Virus record (IMG/VR): IMGVR_UViG_3300032024_000295
From: a virus
Strand: one strand, 5' to 3'
DNA length: 64,000 nucleotides
Shown here piece after piece: positions 19,182-28,119 of the stretch (within the stretch, counting starts at the first letter, position 1; every line of letters starts with the position of its first letter). Both the position numbers and the translations under genes were made by a program. The notes below the pieces were generated by a model. That model saw only the letters and a list, made by a program, of their open reading frames with translations. It did not search any database and was not told the DNA's origin.

Positions 19182-19870
19182 TCATTCAATTTCGTAGTAA
19201 ATCCTACAACTCCGGCGAATTCATTACCGGAGTTTCTTTCAGGGACAATCACCCCCACATACGGTCTAAAGTTAGAAGTTAACTTGTAGAAGACGTTGAA
19301 GGTTGTGCCTGACATATTGTTATTGCCAGAGTAATAGTCTGCTAATACGACTACATCTTTGTAGTGATACTTAAATCCTGTTGAGAAGTTATACGGTTGA
19401 TGGATAGTTGCTAAGACATCATTCACATAATATCCGCCAAAGTGAATGTTTAGGTTTTTTGAAACCTGATAGTTGATGTCCATAGTTGCTGTCGCATGGA
19501 GTTGTTGAAGATTATCATTCATATTGGTGCCAATCATTGCGCCTGTCTCAAATTTCAAATCTTCTGAGATATCAAAAGACCGACCTATGTTGATGTAAGT
19601 ATCACTCTCGTAATTCTGTGCTTGCTTACCAGCCAATCTGATATTCGCTGACTGCAGCCCAAATGACCACGATGACCCGTAATACTGCAATGATAAGGTA
19701 TCATATACAGTATTACGGTAAAGGTTAAGCTCACTACCTAGGATGACCTTGTAGAGATGTGTGTCATCTTGCATTCGTTTAGGGCGAATAGCTATCTCAG
19801 CATTTACACTTGCCGATATCAGAATTGCGCAAAAGCCTTTAAGCCGGCGTCTATTAATTCTTCTTGACAT
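19178..19870 (-). CDS. Putative outer-membrane beta-barrel / exported protein
   Basis: Signal-peptide-like N-terminus ending VNA|E; alternating amphipathic strands rich in Y/F/G; start uncertain. Confidence 0.5.
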   Translation of the reverse strand: MSRRINRRRLKGFCAILISASVNAEIAIRPKRMQDDTHLYKVILGSELNLYRNTVYDTLSLQYYGSSWSFGLQSANIRLAGKQAQNYESDTYINIGRSFDISEDLKFETGAMIGTNMNDNLQQLHATATMDINYQVSKNLNIHFGGYYVNDVLATIHQPYNFSTGFKYHYKDVVVLADYYSGNNNMSGTTFNVFYKLTSNFRPYVGVIVPERNSGNEFAGVVGFTTKLND

Positions 19871-19965
19871 TGAAGGATATCTACTTTTTTGGTTGCTAAG
19901 TGCTTATTCATAATATGAGTGGCCGTTTCGCTCACCTGATGTATTAGCAAAAGCGCAAAAGCCAT
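19819..19965 (-). CDS. 48-aa mini-gene consisting of the CQEELIEAGL module
   Basis: Manual translation MAFALLLIHQVSETATHIMNKHLATKKVDILQCQEELIDAGLKAFAQF*; GAAGGAA SD; below the ORF-track cutoff. Confidence 0.6.
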   Translation of the reverse strand: MAFALLLIHQVSETATHIMNKHLATKKVDILQCQEELIDAGLKAFAQF

Positions 19966-20002
19966 CGTTGTTAATTCCTTCTATATGGTCAGAGAATTAA
20001 AA

Positions 20003-20260
20003 CTACTGGACGATAAACTCAGGTTTAATTGGAGCGTCCATATTAGCAGGTTTGCCTTCCATAATCTTATTTGCAGGCACCGCAATTTCAGGTTTATCGA
20101 TAGCATCAGAAGGAATAGAATCTTCTGCTGGCAACATACCATCAGACTTCATTACTAATGCTGCGCCTGCTACTCTACGCTCAGGTTGAGTAATTTGTGG
20201 TGTAGCAAATAGCAATTGACTTACTGACAGCAGTGTTAGTATAGCATACATTTTTTTCAT
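20003..20260 (-). CDS. Small exported protein
   Basis: Sec signal MKKMYAILTLLSVSQLLFA. Confidence 0.6.
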   Translation of the reverse strand: MKKMYAILTLLSVSQLLFATPQITQPERRVAGAALVMKSDGMLPAEDSIPSDAIDKPEIAVPANKIMEGKPANMDAPIKPEFIVQ

Positions 20261-20279
20261 GTGTGTAATCTCCGTAGTT

Positions 20280-20801
20280 TTATTCAGGTAGAATTGTTAG
20301 TATCGTACCGTCTGGCACAGTATTTAAAACAGTGTAAAAGAAATCAGAATCAACATTAATACAACCCTGAGTTATTCGATTGTCATCAGCAGTGGAGCTT
20401 CGTAACCGTTGAATTCGACGCTGGTCTTTATTACCTTTCCAAACGGGATGAATGGCCAAAATTGTCGACTTACCTTCAATGAATGCAAGCACATGCTCAT
20501 TCAATCGCCAGCTCACCATCTTGGTAACTGGAAAAGAGCCGGATGGCGTTATACCAGTGAATTTGCCAGGAATGTCAAAACTGCTCAAGTCTACAGTATT
20601 TGTTTTAACTTTTCCGAATAATGCAGGCTGAGTAATGGTCTGATTTGTTGCAGGGAAATAAACTGATATTGTCCCATTGACTTTATCAGCTGTAATTGTT
20701 GGCTTCTGCTCATCTGCTTTCTTAGTCTCTTCAATTATAGCGAAATCACTAGCAGAACTTTTAAAAGCAACAAGGATTAAAAGAAGAGTTAATAGCTTCA
20801 T
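20280..20801 (-). CDS. L,D-transpeptidase (YkuD-like) family exported protein
   Basis: Signal peptide; AIHPVW...RITQGCINV resembles the His/Cys LDT catalytic motif. Confidence 0.6.
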   Translation of the reverse strand: MKLLTLLLILVAFKSSASDFAIIEETKKADEQKPTITADKVNGTISVYFPATNQTITQPALFGKVKTNTVDLSSFDIPGKFTGITPSGSFPVTKMVSWRLNEHVLAFIEGKSTILAIHPVWKGNKDQRRIQRLRSSTADDNRITQGCINVDSDFFYTVLNTVPDGTILTILPE

Positions 20802-20810
20802 ACGCGCTAA

Positions 20811-21344
20811 TTATTTTGGTTGGTCAATTTGGTTATCAGTCATTTCACAAGTAAATTTTTTGGTTTTCTTATCGTAATCCGCATCTCGAACATCCATCTT
20901 ATTCACATATCCAGATGGTGGTAGTGCTACTGCAGTCTCATCAAAACTCCAAATAGTTTGCGTCATTTTGCCAACTCTCAACACTCGATTTCCAAAAATT
21001 AAGAATTCGAACGGCTGTGAAGTTTCAAAATTGAAGTCCATTAGACGCCAATCAATTTTGACACATTTGGGATCGGCGGTGCGATTAGTTGCAGTAACTT
21101 TCCACACATCCAATACAACACCTTCTCTACCTTTGATAGGTAAAAGCTTATCGACTTCGACGACTATACCGTCATTATCAGCAACCTTAACATAATCAGG
21201 CGTTGGTTGTAACTTTGTGGCCTGCGCCGCTTTAATACGAAGAGCTTGTTCGCGATCCATTTTACCCGTATCGTAGTTGCGAACGGTTGCTGAACAACCT
21301 ACAAGCATCATTAATATTGGTACTATAAAAATATTTTTATACAT
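20811..21344 (-). CDS. Lipoprotein
   Basis: Lipobox LVG|C after a hydrophobic stretch. Confidence 0.65.
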   Translation of the reverse strand: MYKNIFIVPILMMLVGCSATVRNYDTGKMDREQALRIKAAQATKLQPTPDYVKVADNDGIVVEVDKLLPIKGREGVVLDVWKVTATNRTADPKCVKIDWRLMDFNFETSQPFEFLIFGNRVLRVGKMTQTIWSFDETAVALPPSGYVNKMDVRDADYDKKTKKFTCEMTDNQIDQPK

Positions 21345-21375
21345 AAATTACTCCGCTTTTCTAACATCTTAAACA

Positions 21376-21413
21376 GATAAAGCCGGTATCATTTGCTGAT
21401 TACCGGCTTTATC
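21376..21413. terminator. Intrinsic terminator-like hairpin
   Basis: 13-bp stem GATAAAGCCGGTA/TACCGGCTTTATC after the 21442 ORF stop. Confidence 0.6.
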
Positions 21414-21441
21414 ATTTCTCTCGTACGATCGAGTAGTTAGT

Positions 21442-22032
21442 TTAGAACCCTTTAGCTCTCATAGAAGCTGCAGATTTTTCCGCTTCGTCTAACATCATTT
21501 GAGTTTGTTTTGCCATTTCGTCAGACTCGTCACCGACTTTTTTATCAGTTGCAGGCTCAGCAACTACAGGAGCGGCGACTGGTGCAACAGCGACAGGAGC
21601 GGCTACAGTGTAGATACCACCATCGTCAGCGCATGGGCGACCAACTTTCTTGAATGCTTCACGAACGGTGTCGTTAGAGCACATGATCTCTTTAGCGGCT
21701 TGTACGTCGCCGTATGTACGAATTTCACGAGCATTCAGACGATTAACGCACTCGGTATCTCTCCATGTAGTACCGAAGCTGAAAGAACCACCAGAGAAAC
21801 CAGCACCGGCAGAAGTAGAACCCATACAGGTTTCAGTCAAAGTAGTAGTTAAAGCGGGAGCAGCAGCGAAACCAACAGATTTAGACAAGTCTGAACCAAT
21901 TGCAACACTTTGATTTCTGGCATCAACTGAAGTTGTAGCATTTACGCCTAAATCAACAGCTTGAGTTGTATCAACAGCAAAAGCTGTACTAGTTGCAAGA
22001 GCTAGCATCAATGTAAAAAATATTTGTTTCAT
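21442..22032 (-). CDS. Exported Cys-containing phage protein
   Basis: Signal peptide STAFA|V; TC.GS.S.G.G.SGG..SFGTTW.D.EC..RL.A motif recalled from many phage envelope proteins. Confidence 0.6.
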   Translation of the reverse strand: MKQIFFTLMLALATSTAFAVDTTQAVDLGVNATTSVDARNQSVAIGSDLSKSVGFAAAPALTTTLTETCMGSTSAGAGFSGGSFSFGTTWRDTECVNRLNAREIRTYGDVQAAKEIMCSNDTVREAFKKVGRPCADDGGIYTVAAPVAVAPVAAPVVAEPATDKKVGDESDEMAKQTQMMLDEAEKSAASMRAKGF

Positions 22033-22110
22033 AATTATATTCCTCTGCTTTGTAAATAAAAAATTAAAATTAAGGGACTATTTCTAGTCCCTTAAAATAA
22101 CGACTAAAAA

Positions 22111-22545
22111 TTAGTGGCTAGAGTGTCCACCATTACCGGAAGTAATTACAGTTACTGGAATTGGAAAGTTAGTGATAGTGGTGTGAGCCGCTACACCAAC
22201 AATAGCTGAAGCTGGGTGACCAGCAACAGTCCAAGAAGGTAACACAAAACCATTACCGGATGGTTTTGAACTTGCATTGCCAGTGATAGAAGAAGTAATT
22301 ACTGGAGCAACAATGCTTGAACCGGAACGTTCGCCATATGATTGGCGGCCTTGTGAAACAGTAGTATAGCTAGTTACGGAACCAACAGAAATTTGAGTTT
22401 CGTGTTGGCCTGGAGCTGCACCAATGTAAGTACCAACATCGATAGAACCATTCAAAACGGTTGTTACGGTTGGAACTGGTTGAGTTGCAAATGCTGCGCC
22501 AGAAACTAAAGATGCTACTGCGATTGCTAGAATTGAAGTTTTCAT
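22111..22545 (-). CDS. Exported protein
   Basis: Signal peptide MKTSILAIAVASLVSGAAFA. Confidence 0.6.
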   Translation of the reverse strand: MKTSILAIAVASLVSGAAFATQPVPTVTTVLNGSIDVGTYIGAAPGQHETQISVGSVTSYTTVSQGRQSYGERSGSSIVAPVITSSITGNASSKPSGNGFVLPSWTVAGHPASAIVGVAAHTTITNFPIPVTVITSGNGGHSSH

Positions 22546-22873
22546 AAGAGTATTTTCCTTTATTGGAATTAAAAAGTAAAACCTCTATGAGACCTTCCTT
22601 ACTCATCATCCATGAAATATACTGAGATATTTCATCTCTCCTCTTGAAGATAGGTAACATAAAAGTAAAGAATGTTAAGTATCTCCTCCGAACTACCATT
22701 TGACTGGTATTCTCACCGTACAATGACTAGATTAGATTAGGTATTCACATACATAAGTAGTCGTATCCATTCTAATTCACCAATACCTCGGTGAATTAGA
22801 ATAGCTTTGCGCTATTCTTCCTTTAGTCTGCATTTTTAAGAGTAGGTATCTTAAAGAATGTTAGTGTGAGTAA

Positions 22874-23164
22874 ATTATACACTAATTTTCAGTAGATGTA
22901 AATTTAAATTTGAATTTGAATTTGAATTTGAATTTGAATTTGAATTTGAATTTGCGGGGTAAACTTGTTTTCGTTTTTAAGATGGAAATATCTCTAAACG
23001 TTGAAGATATTATACTCCATCTTCACTCTAGTGTAAACAACTTTTTTACGGTGGTTTTTACTAGAAATTTTGTAGCGCAACTTCATTTCATAAGAGTGTT
23101 GTGCATCAATGCTTGCTCTCTTGAAAGTATGAAGCTATTATAGACTATGGTTGTGGGATGTAAA
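22874..23164 (-). promoter_or_regulatory. Three tandem sigma70-like early promoters (TTTACA-16/17-TATAAT)
   Basis: -35/-10 pairs at 22897-22902/22874-22879, 23032-23037/23009-23014 and 23159-23164/23137-23142. Confidence 0.7.
22907..22954. repeat. Hexanucleotide microsatellite (AATTTG)8
   Basis: Eight perfect copies directly upstream of the -35 box at 22897-22902. Confidence 0.95.
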
Positions 23165-23179
23165 CTGTTTTATGATATG

Positions 23180-23220
23180 AAAGAGGCGGTGTTTTTGATG
23201 AGGTGAAACACCGCCTCTTT
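23180..23220. terminator. Bidirectional intrinsic terminator
   Basis: 15-bp stem AAAGAGGCGGTGTTT/AAACACCGCCTCTTT. Confidence 0.75.
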
Positions 23221-23297
23221 GCTGAGGTCGTCTAGCGAGCAAAAGTGCTACTTCCGGTTAGACGTCTTGTATGACATTTGATTATCCGTATCACTCT

Positions 23298-23305
23298 TAT
23301 TTATA
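23298..23305 (-). promoter_or_regulatory. Late promoter TATAAATA facing a terminator (candidate sRNA)
   Basis: Perfect consensus; no ORF over 10 aa seen before the terminator at 23180. Confidence 0.55.
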
Positions 23306-23354
23306 GGAGTGCTAAATAGACTATCGACAAACAACACACGTAAATTTACACGCT

Positions 23355-25145
23355 ATGGCAACACCTATTGCACCGTATACACCGCCAAGTCTTTGCATCG
23401 GCAATTGGACTATCCAGAATGATTGCACCACAGGGTCAGATAGCAAGACCATTGAAAACCAGGTTGCAGAAAGCCTTGAGATTGCGGGCGCTCCGATTGC
23501 TATCTTCAAGTTGCTTGGAGTCCACGAGCAAGGCAAACTGATTGACCTGACAGGTCAAGGCTCTCCTCTATCGAATGGCACAGGAGCCGGCTCAGATGTG
23601 ACCAATGCTTTTGACATCTCTTCATCCTCTTGGAAGTCTGCACAAACTGGCACTGATGTTGTAGTTGCTCCTGCCTACCTTGGCTACAACTTTGGCACGA
23701 AGAAGACTGCAACTGGGACTGAGCGATACGCGCCATCTGCCAACATCATCCAACACATCACAACCATTCGCATTCAACAAGGGGCTCTACCTCAAAACCG
23801 AGCGCTTCAGATACGAGTGGATAGAGCAACAGGTCAAGTGTTTCCGAATGTGAGTTTTGCTGGGACAGGAAATGGACAGCTAACACATTCGCTACAACCT
23901 GTGTATGCACCGAAAGAAAGCACTACCCTTATCACGTCAACCTCTCCGACAACGTTCTCCGTTATTAGCTCACTTGAAGGGCCATTAGGGACTGCAACTC
24001 TCGGCCAACCATTCGCTTCTCAATCGGTCCGTTTCACCATTCTCGCAGGGGCAATACCTTTCGTAGTTGGAGATACTTTCACAATCAAATTACTTTTAGA
24101 TTGGAAACGAGTTGATGTGGTCAATTTGCCAGACACGTCAAACCTTGAAACTATTTCAATTCAAACCTCATCACCTTCTACCTTCTGGCGTATAGTCCCA
24201 TTGCTATTCTCGGGAGGCCTGGGTGATGCCTGGGAAATAACCAAACTCGAGATGATAGACTATCAGTCTACCTCAATCAATAATATCCAAGACACCCTCT
24301 TCCTCGAAAACAGAGATAGAGATTATTCACAATCTTCAATTACACTCAAGTGTCAGTATCAACCATTTGACAGCGTAGGGGACCTTGGAAAGTTTGGCTT
24401 CTCTATCCTCGATCAGTATATCTTCACTTGCTCTTTCGCAAGAATGGTGGAATTACTGGGAAGACCCATTGTTGTTGGTGATATTCTGGAAATTACACCA
24501 GAATTACAATATGACCAAAATCTAAACCCTGTCAAGAAGTTTCTAGAGGTAACAGATTGTGGATGGTCCGCTGAAGGCTATACTCCTCAATGGAAACCAA
24601 TCCTGTATCGCTTTCAGGCTATCCAGTTGCTACCTTCTGTAGAAGTCCGTGATATCATCAAGATGCCAGAAGAAGAATTATTCACGGTATCTGATGGCAC
24701 CTTCTTTGACAAACTTTCTTCTCAGACGCAAACTACTCCTACTCTCGTATCTGAAACTATTGCCGCTGAAGCTGCTGATAAAGTGCCAGAAAGAGGAGAG
24801 GATTTACAAGACGTTGCAGTTGTGCCAGAATTACCAGATGCAAACATCGTGCAGAATTCGATGTTTATCGAAAACGGACTTCCTCCTAATGGGCTTCCGT
24901 ATGGTGAGGGATACAAACTTCCTGACACCGCAACTTTAACCCCAGGAAATGACGGTGATTACTTTAGACTAAACTATGCATCGAATATGAATATTCCTCC
25001 AAGATTGTATAAGTTTAGCGCTCTTAAAGGAAGATGGATTTATGTCGAAACAGATATGAGAGATAGCTACTCAAGCCATAAACCTTCAGTACGAAATGCA
25101 TTAGTCAGCTTGAATAAGAAATCGCTACAAGATACAAACTTATGA
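23355..25145 (+). CDS. Neck/head-closure protein (T4 gp14-like) with inserted beta-domains
   Basis: ESLEIAGAPIAIFKL, LFLENRDRDY, DLGKFGF, GDILEI motifs of the gp14 family. Confidence 0.8.
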   Translation: MATPIAPYTPPSLCIGNWTIQNDCTTGSDSKTIENQVAESLEIAGAPIAIFKLLGVHEQGKLIDLTGQGSPLSNGTGAGSDVTNAFDISSSSWKSAQTGTDVVVAPAYLGYNFGTKKTATGTERYAPSANIIQHITTIRIQQGALPQNRALQIRVDRATGQVFPNVSFAGTGNGQLTHSLQPVYAPKESTTLITSTSPTTFSVISSLEGPLGTATLGQPFASQSVRFTILAGAIPFVVGDTFTIKLLLDWKRVDVVNLPDTSNLETISIQTSSPSTFWRIVPLLFSGGLGDAWEITKLEMIDYQSTSINNIQDTLFLENRDRDYSQSSITLKCQYQPFDSVGDLGKFGFSILDQYIFTCSFARMVELLGRPIVVGDILEITPELQYDQNLNPVKKFLEVTDCGWSAEGYTPQWKPILYRFQAIQLLPSVEVRDIIKMPEEELFTVSDGTFFDKLSSQTQTTPTLVSETIAAEAADKVPERGEDLQDVAVVPELPDANIVQNSMFIENGLPPNGLPYGEGYKLPDTATLTPGNDGDYFRLNYASNMNIPPRLYKFSALKGRWIYVETDMRDSYSSHKPSVRNALVSLNKKSLQDTNL

Positions 25146-25708
25146 AATTAGATGAGATTTTTGATACGAAATTAGATTTATCTTGGCAGCTACACGGGAG
25201 ACATGAGCTTACATCTTTCACCGTTGAAGATAAAACTTTTGTTATCCAGATAGAGAGAAGACCTCTCTCAGAAGTGCCTGAAACTAACGGTCTGAAAACC
25301 GCTGAAGTTTCATTCTATCGACACGACCTAGACAATGATGATGCTTTTAACACAACAAAAGAAAGTCCTAAAATGACAAGCGCAATTTACGGTATCATGA
25401 CAAATGCGGTAGCTGTAAAGTTTGAAAGCTACGATGTATTTTATTTTTCTGCAGAAAGAAAACATTCTTCAAATCAAGAAGAGTATGAAACTAAAGTTCG
25501 AATTTATGATGCACTTTCTAGACGAGTTAAAGGTCGATACAAAAATGTCTTTAGATATGAAGCTGAAGTGCAAGACAAGATGCAGTTTATTGTTTCTAAG
25601 CAAGAGCTAAAAGACGATACCGTATTCAAAGATATGATGAAAGAAGCACTTTTGTTATACACTCAACAACATACAATATTAGAGATAAGCAAGAAGCAAG
25701 ACATATAG
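25142..25708 (+). CDS. Hypothetical protein, MKLDEIFD leader
   Basis: ORF coupled to gp14 by a 4-nt overlap. Confidence 0.65.
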   Translation: MKLDEIFDTKLDLSWQLHGRHELTSFTVEDKTFVIQIERRPLSEVPETNGLKTAEVSFYRHDLDNDDAFNTTKESPKMTSAIYGIMTNAVAVKFESYDVFYFSAERKHSSNQEEYETKVRIYDALSRRVKGRYKNVFRYEAEVQDKMQFIVSKQELKDDTVFKDMMKEALLLYTQQHTILEISKKQDI

Positions 25709-25713
25709 ACAGT

Positions 25714-25793
25714 ACCATTAGCCTGTCAGTTTTTCTTTTAATCAAATCAATAACTTATGCGATAGGCAATGTATATATAGCCTGTCAGTTTTT
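25714..25793 (-). repeat. Inverted copy of the 456-537 element with IHF site (25745-25757)
   Basis: TAGCCTGTCAGTTTTT at 25719-25734 and 25778-25793 around AATCAATAACTTA. Confidence 0.85.
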
Positions 25794-26624
25794 CAATAAC
25801 CGAAATGCTTTTTGTTTCTTTCTATTGACTGCCTAATGGCTGCACGTGTCATAATATATCCATGTTTTTCAAGCCAACTTTGGGCCTCTGAAAGCGTCAT
25901 TAGATTTTGAATGAATGCGTGTATTATAAACTTTTTCGTTTCTAGCGGTATTTTTTGCCTATTCTCGATTTGGCTTCTAATGGATTCACTATTTTCTCTA
26001 TTTCGGCTACTCATTTTTTCTCTTCGAAGAGCATTGCTTTTATCAGTTTTAGGTGGCAACTGTGCAAGATACTCATGAGAATACTTATTTCGGTTTGTCA
26101 ATGCCAGACTTGTTTTTCTCCCACAATTTTAAGATACTCATGGGTTTCTTTAGTCCTACCAATTTTGGCATCTGATATATCTTTGAGATGCTTGTGAGTT
26201 TCTTTAGTGCGGCCTGTCATCGTAGCTGATGTTTTTGCTACTCTTTCACAGTTAGTCTTATTTTGCCCTTTACGGTGAATGCTGAGGGATAGTGCAAATT
26301 CTCGTCTAATCCAAGCATACAATTTATTGTTGATACGATGTCCAGAAGCATCGGTTGTCATAGCAATAGCCACGCTCAACAGCTTATAATTTTTAGGAAA
26401 TATTTTCGCTAGCAATTGATGTGCAACGTAATGCTCTTCAGGAAATAGTCTAACCAGATTATTGGGAATATCGGCGCCACCTAAGCACTCAGGTAGAATA
26501 TGATGATTTTCTGAATATCCTTCAATTGAGCGTGTTTCCCCCGTTCGCACAATGCTTTATAATGAGCTAGCCATTTCTGCTCATTAGTTGATAAGTTTAC
26601 GCAATTATAAATAGGGTTAGGCAT
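25793..26624 (-). pseudogene. HNH homing endonuclease, frameshifted twice in homopolymers
   Basis: MPNPIYN...LCERGK|TRSIEGYSENHHILPECLGG..NLVRL.PEEHYVAHQLL; GRTKETHEYL repeats continue across the second shift; one extra A restores each junction. Confidence 0.7.
26606..26613 (+). promoter_or_regulatory. Late promoter TATAAATA for the gp15-like gene
   Basis: Perfect consensus about 100 bp upstream; lies inside the HNH 5' end. Confidence 0.55.
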
Positions 26625-26716
26625 ATTGTTTCTCCGAAGAAGGACAATGTGATTAGAGATAGTATAAAGTTTGCACCTTTATACTATCTTGATATTTATT
26701 ACATTAGGAGAAAGCT

Positions 26717-27475
26717 TTGGCAATTCAAGAATATTGGTATGATAGACAACTTAGGAATTATATCTTGCAATTTTGCTCAGTTTTCACTGGGCTGAATGTA
26801 ATGACTGGCAAAGGGGAAGATGGTAAACAGGCCATGTTTGGAGTGCCTGTGATTGTTGGAAGTAAAGACCGAGTGGCGGCGGCTTTAATGGCATCTAATA
26901 CCCAAAACAAACCATTCGGAGTGCCTGTAATGGCCGCTCAATTGATTGGTTTGGACTTAGCGCCTGAGAGAAAGAAGGGTGTTGGTGTAGTTGATAGAAA
27001 AGTCTTTTTAAAGACTGGTGGGTTATTTCCTGATGACTTAAATGTTGTCCATCGTATCATGCCTATCCCATACAATGCGAATATGGAATTAACCTTATAT
27101 GCCAGTAATACAGAGCAGCTTCACCAAATGTTGGAGCAGATTTTGCTACTGTTTGACCCAGTGTTGCAGATACAGATATCAGATGCGCCATTTGATTGGA
27201 CTAAAATCACTGACGTTGAGTTGACTGGGATAAGCAATGAGGAGAATTATCCAGTAGGACCTGATAGACGTATCATCAATTGGACACTTAATTTTGTAAT
27301 GCCAATTTATCTATCAGCCCCTATGGACTTAAAAGACGATATCATTAGACAGATAAACATTCGACTTGGTAATATGGCTACCATGACTGTCAATGAAGTT
27401 GATGCTGATGGAGAATTATTACCGTTTGAAGAAGTGTATGGACCAATCATTCAAGTCGATTACACTCATCCTTAA
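26717..27475 (+). CDS. Tail completion / sheath terminator (T4 gp15-like), TTG start
   Basis: YWYD.QLR.YI..F..VF, PIPYN..MEL.LYA.N.EQ..Q.LEQIL..FDP; AGGAG SD 6 nt before TTG. Confidence 0.85.
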   Translation: MAIQEYWYDRQLRNYILQFCSVFTGLNVMTGKGEDGKQAMFGVPVIVGSKDRVAAALMASNTQNKPFGVPVMAAQLIGLDLAPERKKGVGVVDRKVFLKTGGLFPDDLNVVHRIMPIPYNANMELTLYASNTEQLHQMLEQILLLFDPVLQIQISDAPFDWTKITDVELTGISNEENYPVGPDRRIINWTLNFVMPIYLSAPMDLKDDIIRQINIRLGNMATMTVNEVDADGELLPFEEVYGPIIQVDYTHP

Positions 27476-27479
27476 TTTT

Positions 27480-28037
27480 TTACTGGACTACGTTATAACC
27501 ACGGCCTCTCATACACGTAACAAAACCTTTTTTGTAGGCCGTATCCGCAGTTGACGCTCCATACAGTGCAGCGGGGATTGCAGCGATTGAGCCATATTGA
27601 GCACCTTTAGCTGGGTCTCCAGAGATTGCACCAAATGCAGCACCTGCAGCTGCACCACCTAGAGCACCAACAACTCCATTCGTTGCAACTGAAGTGCCGT
27701 AGCTTGCTGCATTTGCTGCTAAGTCTTGGCAATCAACTTCGTCTTGACGAACGTTTTGTACGGGCTGATAATACTGTTGAGGCGCATAATACTGAGGTTG
27801 AGAAGCGTAGTATGGTTGTTGATAGTATTGTCGCTGTTGAGGTTGTTGGTAATACTGTTGCTGACCACCACCAACTTGAGGTCCAGAAATGTAGCCACCT
27901 GAGATAGTGCGACCACCACCAGAATTATAGGAGACGTTATCATATGTTGGTCTATAGCCACCATATTGAGCGCAACCAGAAACTAATACACTGCTGACTA
28001 CTGCTATCATCACTAAGGTTTTCATCTTTATCACCAT
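27480..28037 (-). CDS. Glycine-zipper lipoprotein (YMGG-like)
   Basis: Lipobox VSG|C; GALGGAAAGAAFGAISG zipper; CMRGRGY tail. Confidence 0.75.
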   Translation of the reverse strand: MVIKMKTLVMIAVVSSVLVSGCAQYGGYRPTYDNVSYNSGGGRTISGGYISGPQVGGGQQQYYQQPQQRQYYQQPYYASQPQYYAPQQYYQPVQNVRQDEVDCQDLAANAASYGTSVATNGVVGALGGAAAGAAFGAISGDPAKGAQYGSIAAIPAALYGASTADTAYKKGFVTCMRGRGYNVVQ

Positions 28038-28064
28038 TTAGGGTTTGTTTCAAACTATGATGAT

Positions 28065-28109
28065 ATTGTATACCATTTCTCTAAAATGTAAACAAGAATA
28101 AATGTTAAC
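28065..28109 (-). promoter_or_regulatory. Early promoter TTTACA-16-TACAAT with upstream GTTAAC box
   Basis: -10 at 28065-28070, -35 at 28087-28092, GTTAAC at 28104-28109. Confidence 0.6.
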
Positions 28110-28119
28110 CAGTTATCGT

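Noticed and set aside
22780-22830. c-di-GMP-I riboswitch (GCGCAAAGCTA..TCTAA resemblance)
   Set aside because: The P2 GNRA arm and P1 pairing could not be found; only local similarity.
22910-23143. ORF MNLNLNLNL... on the plus strand
   Set aside because: Translation of the (AATTTG)n microsatellite across minus-strand promoters; no RBS.
26530-26545. Programmed -1 frameshift at GGGAAAC in the HNH gene
   Set aside because: The heptamer is in the wrong phase for tandem slippage (CGG GGG AAA C); homopolymer error or decay is simpler.
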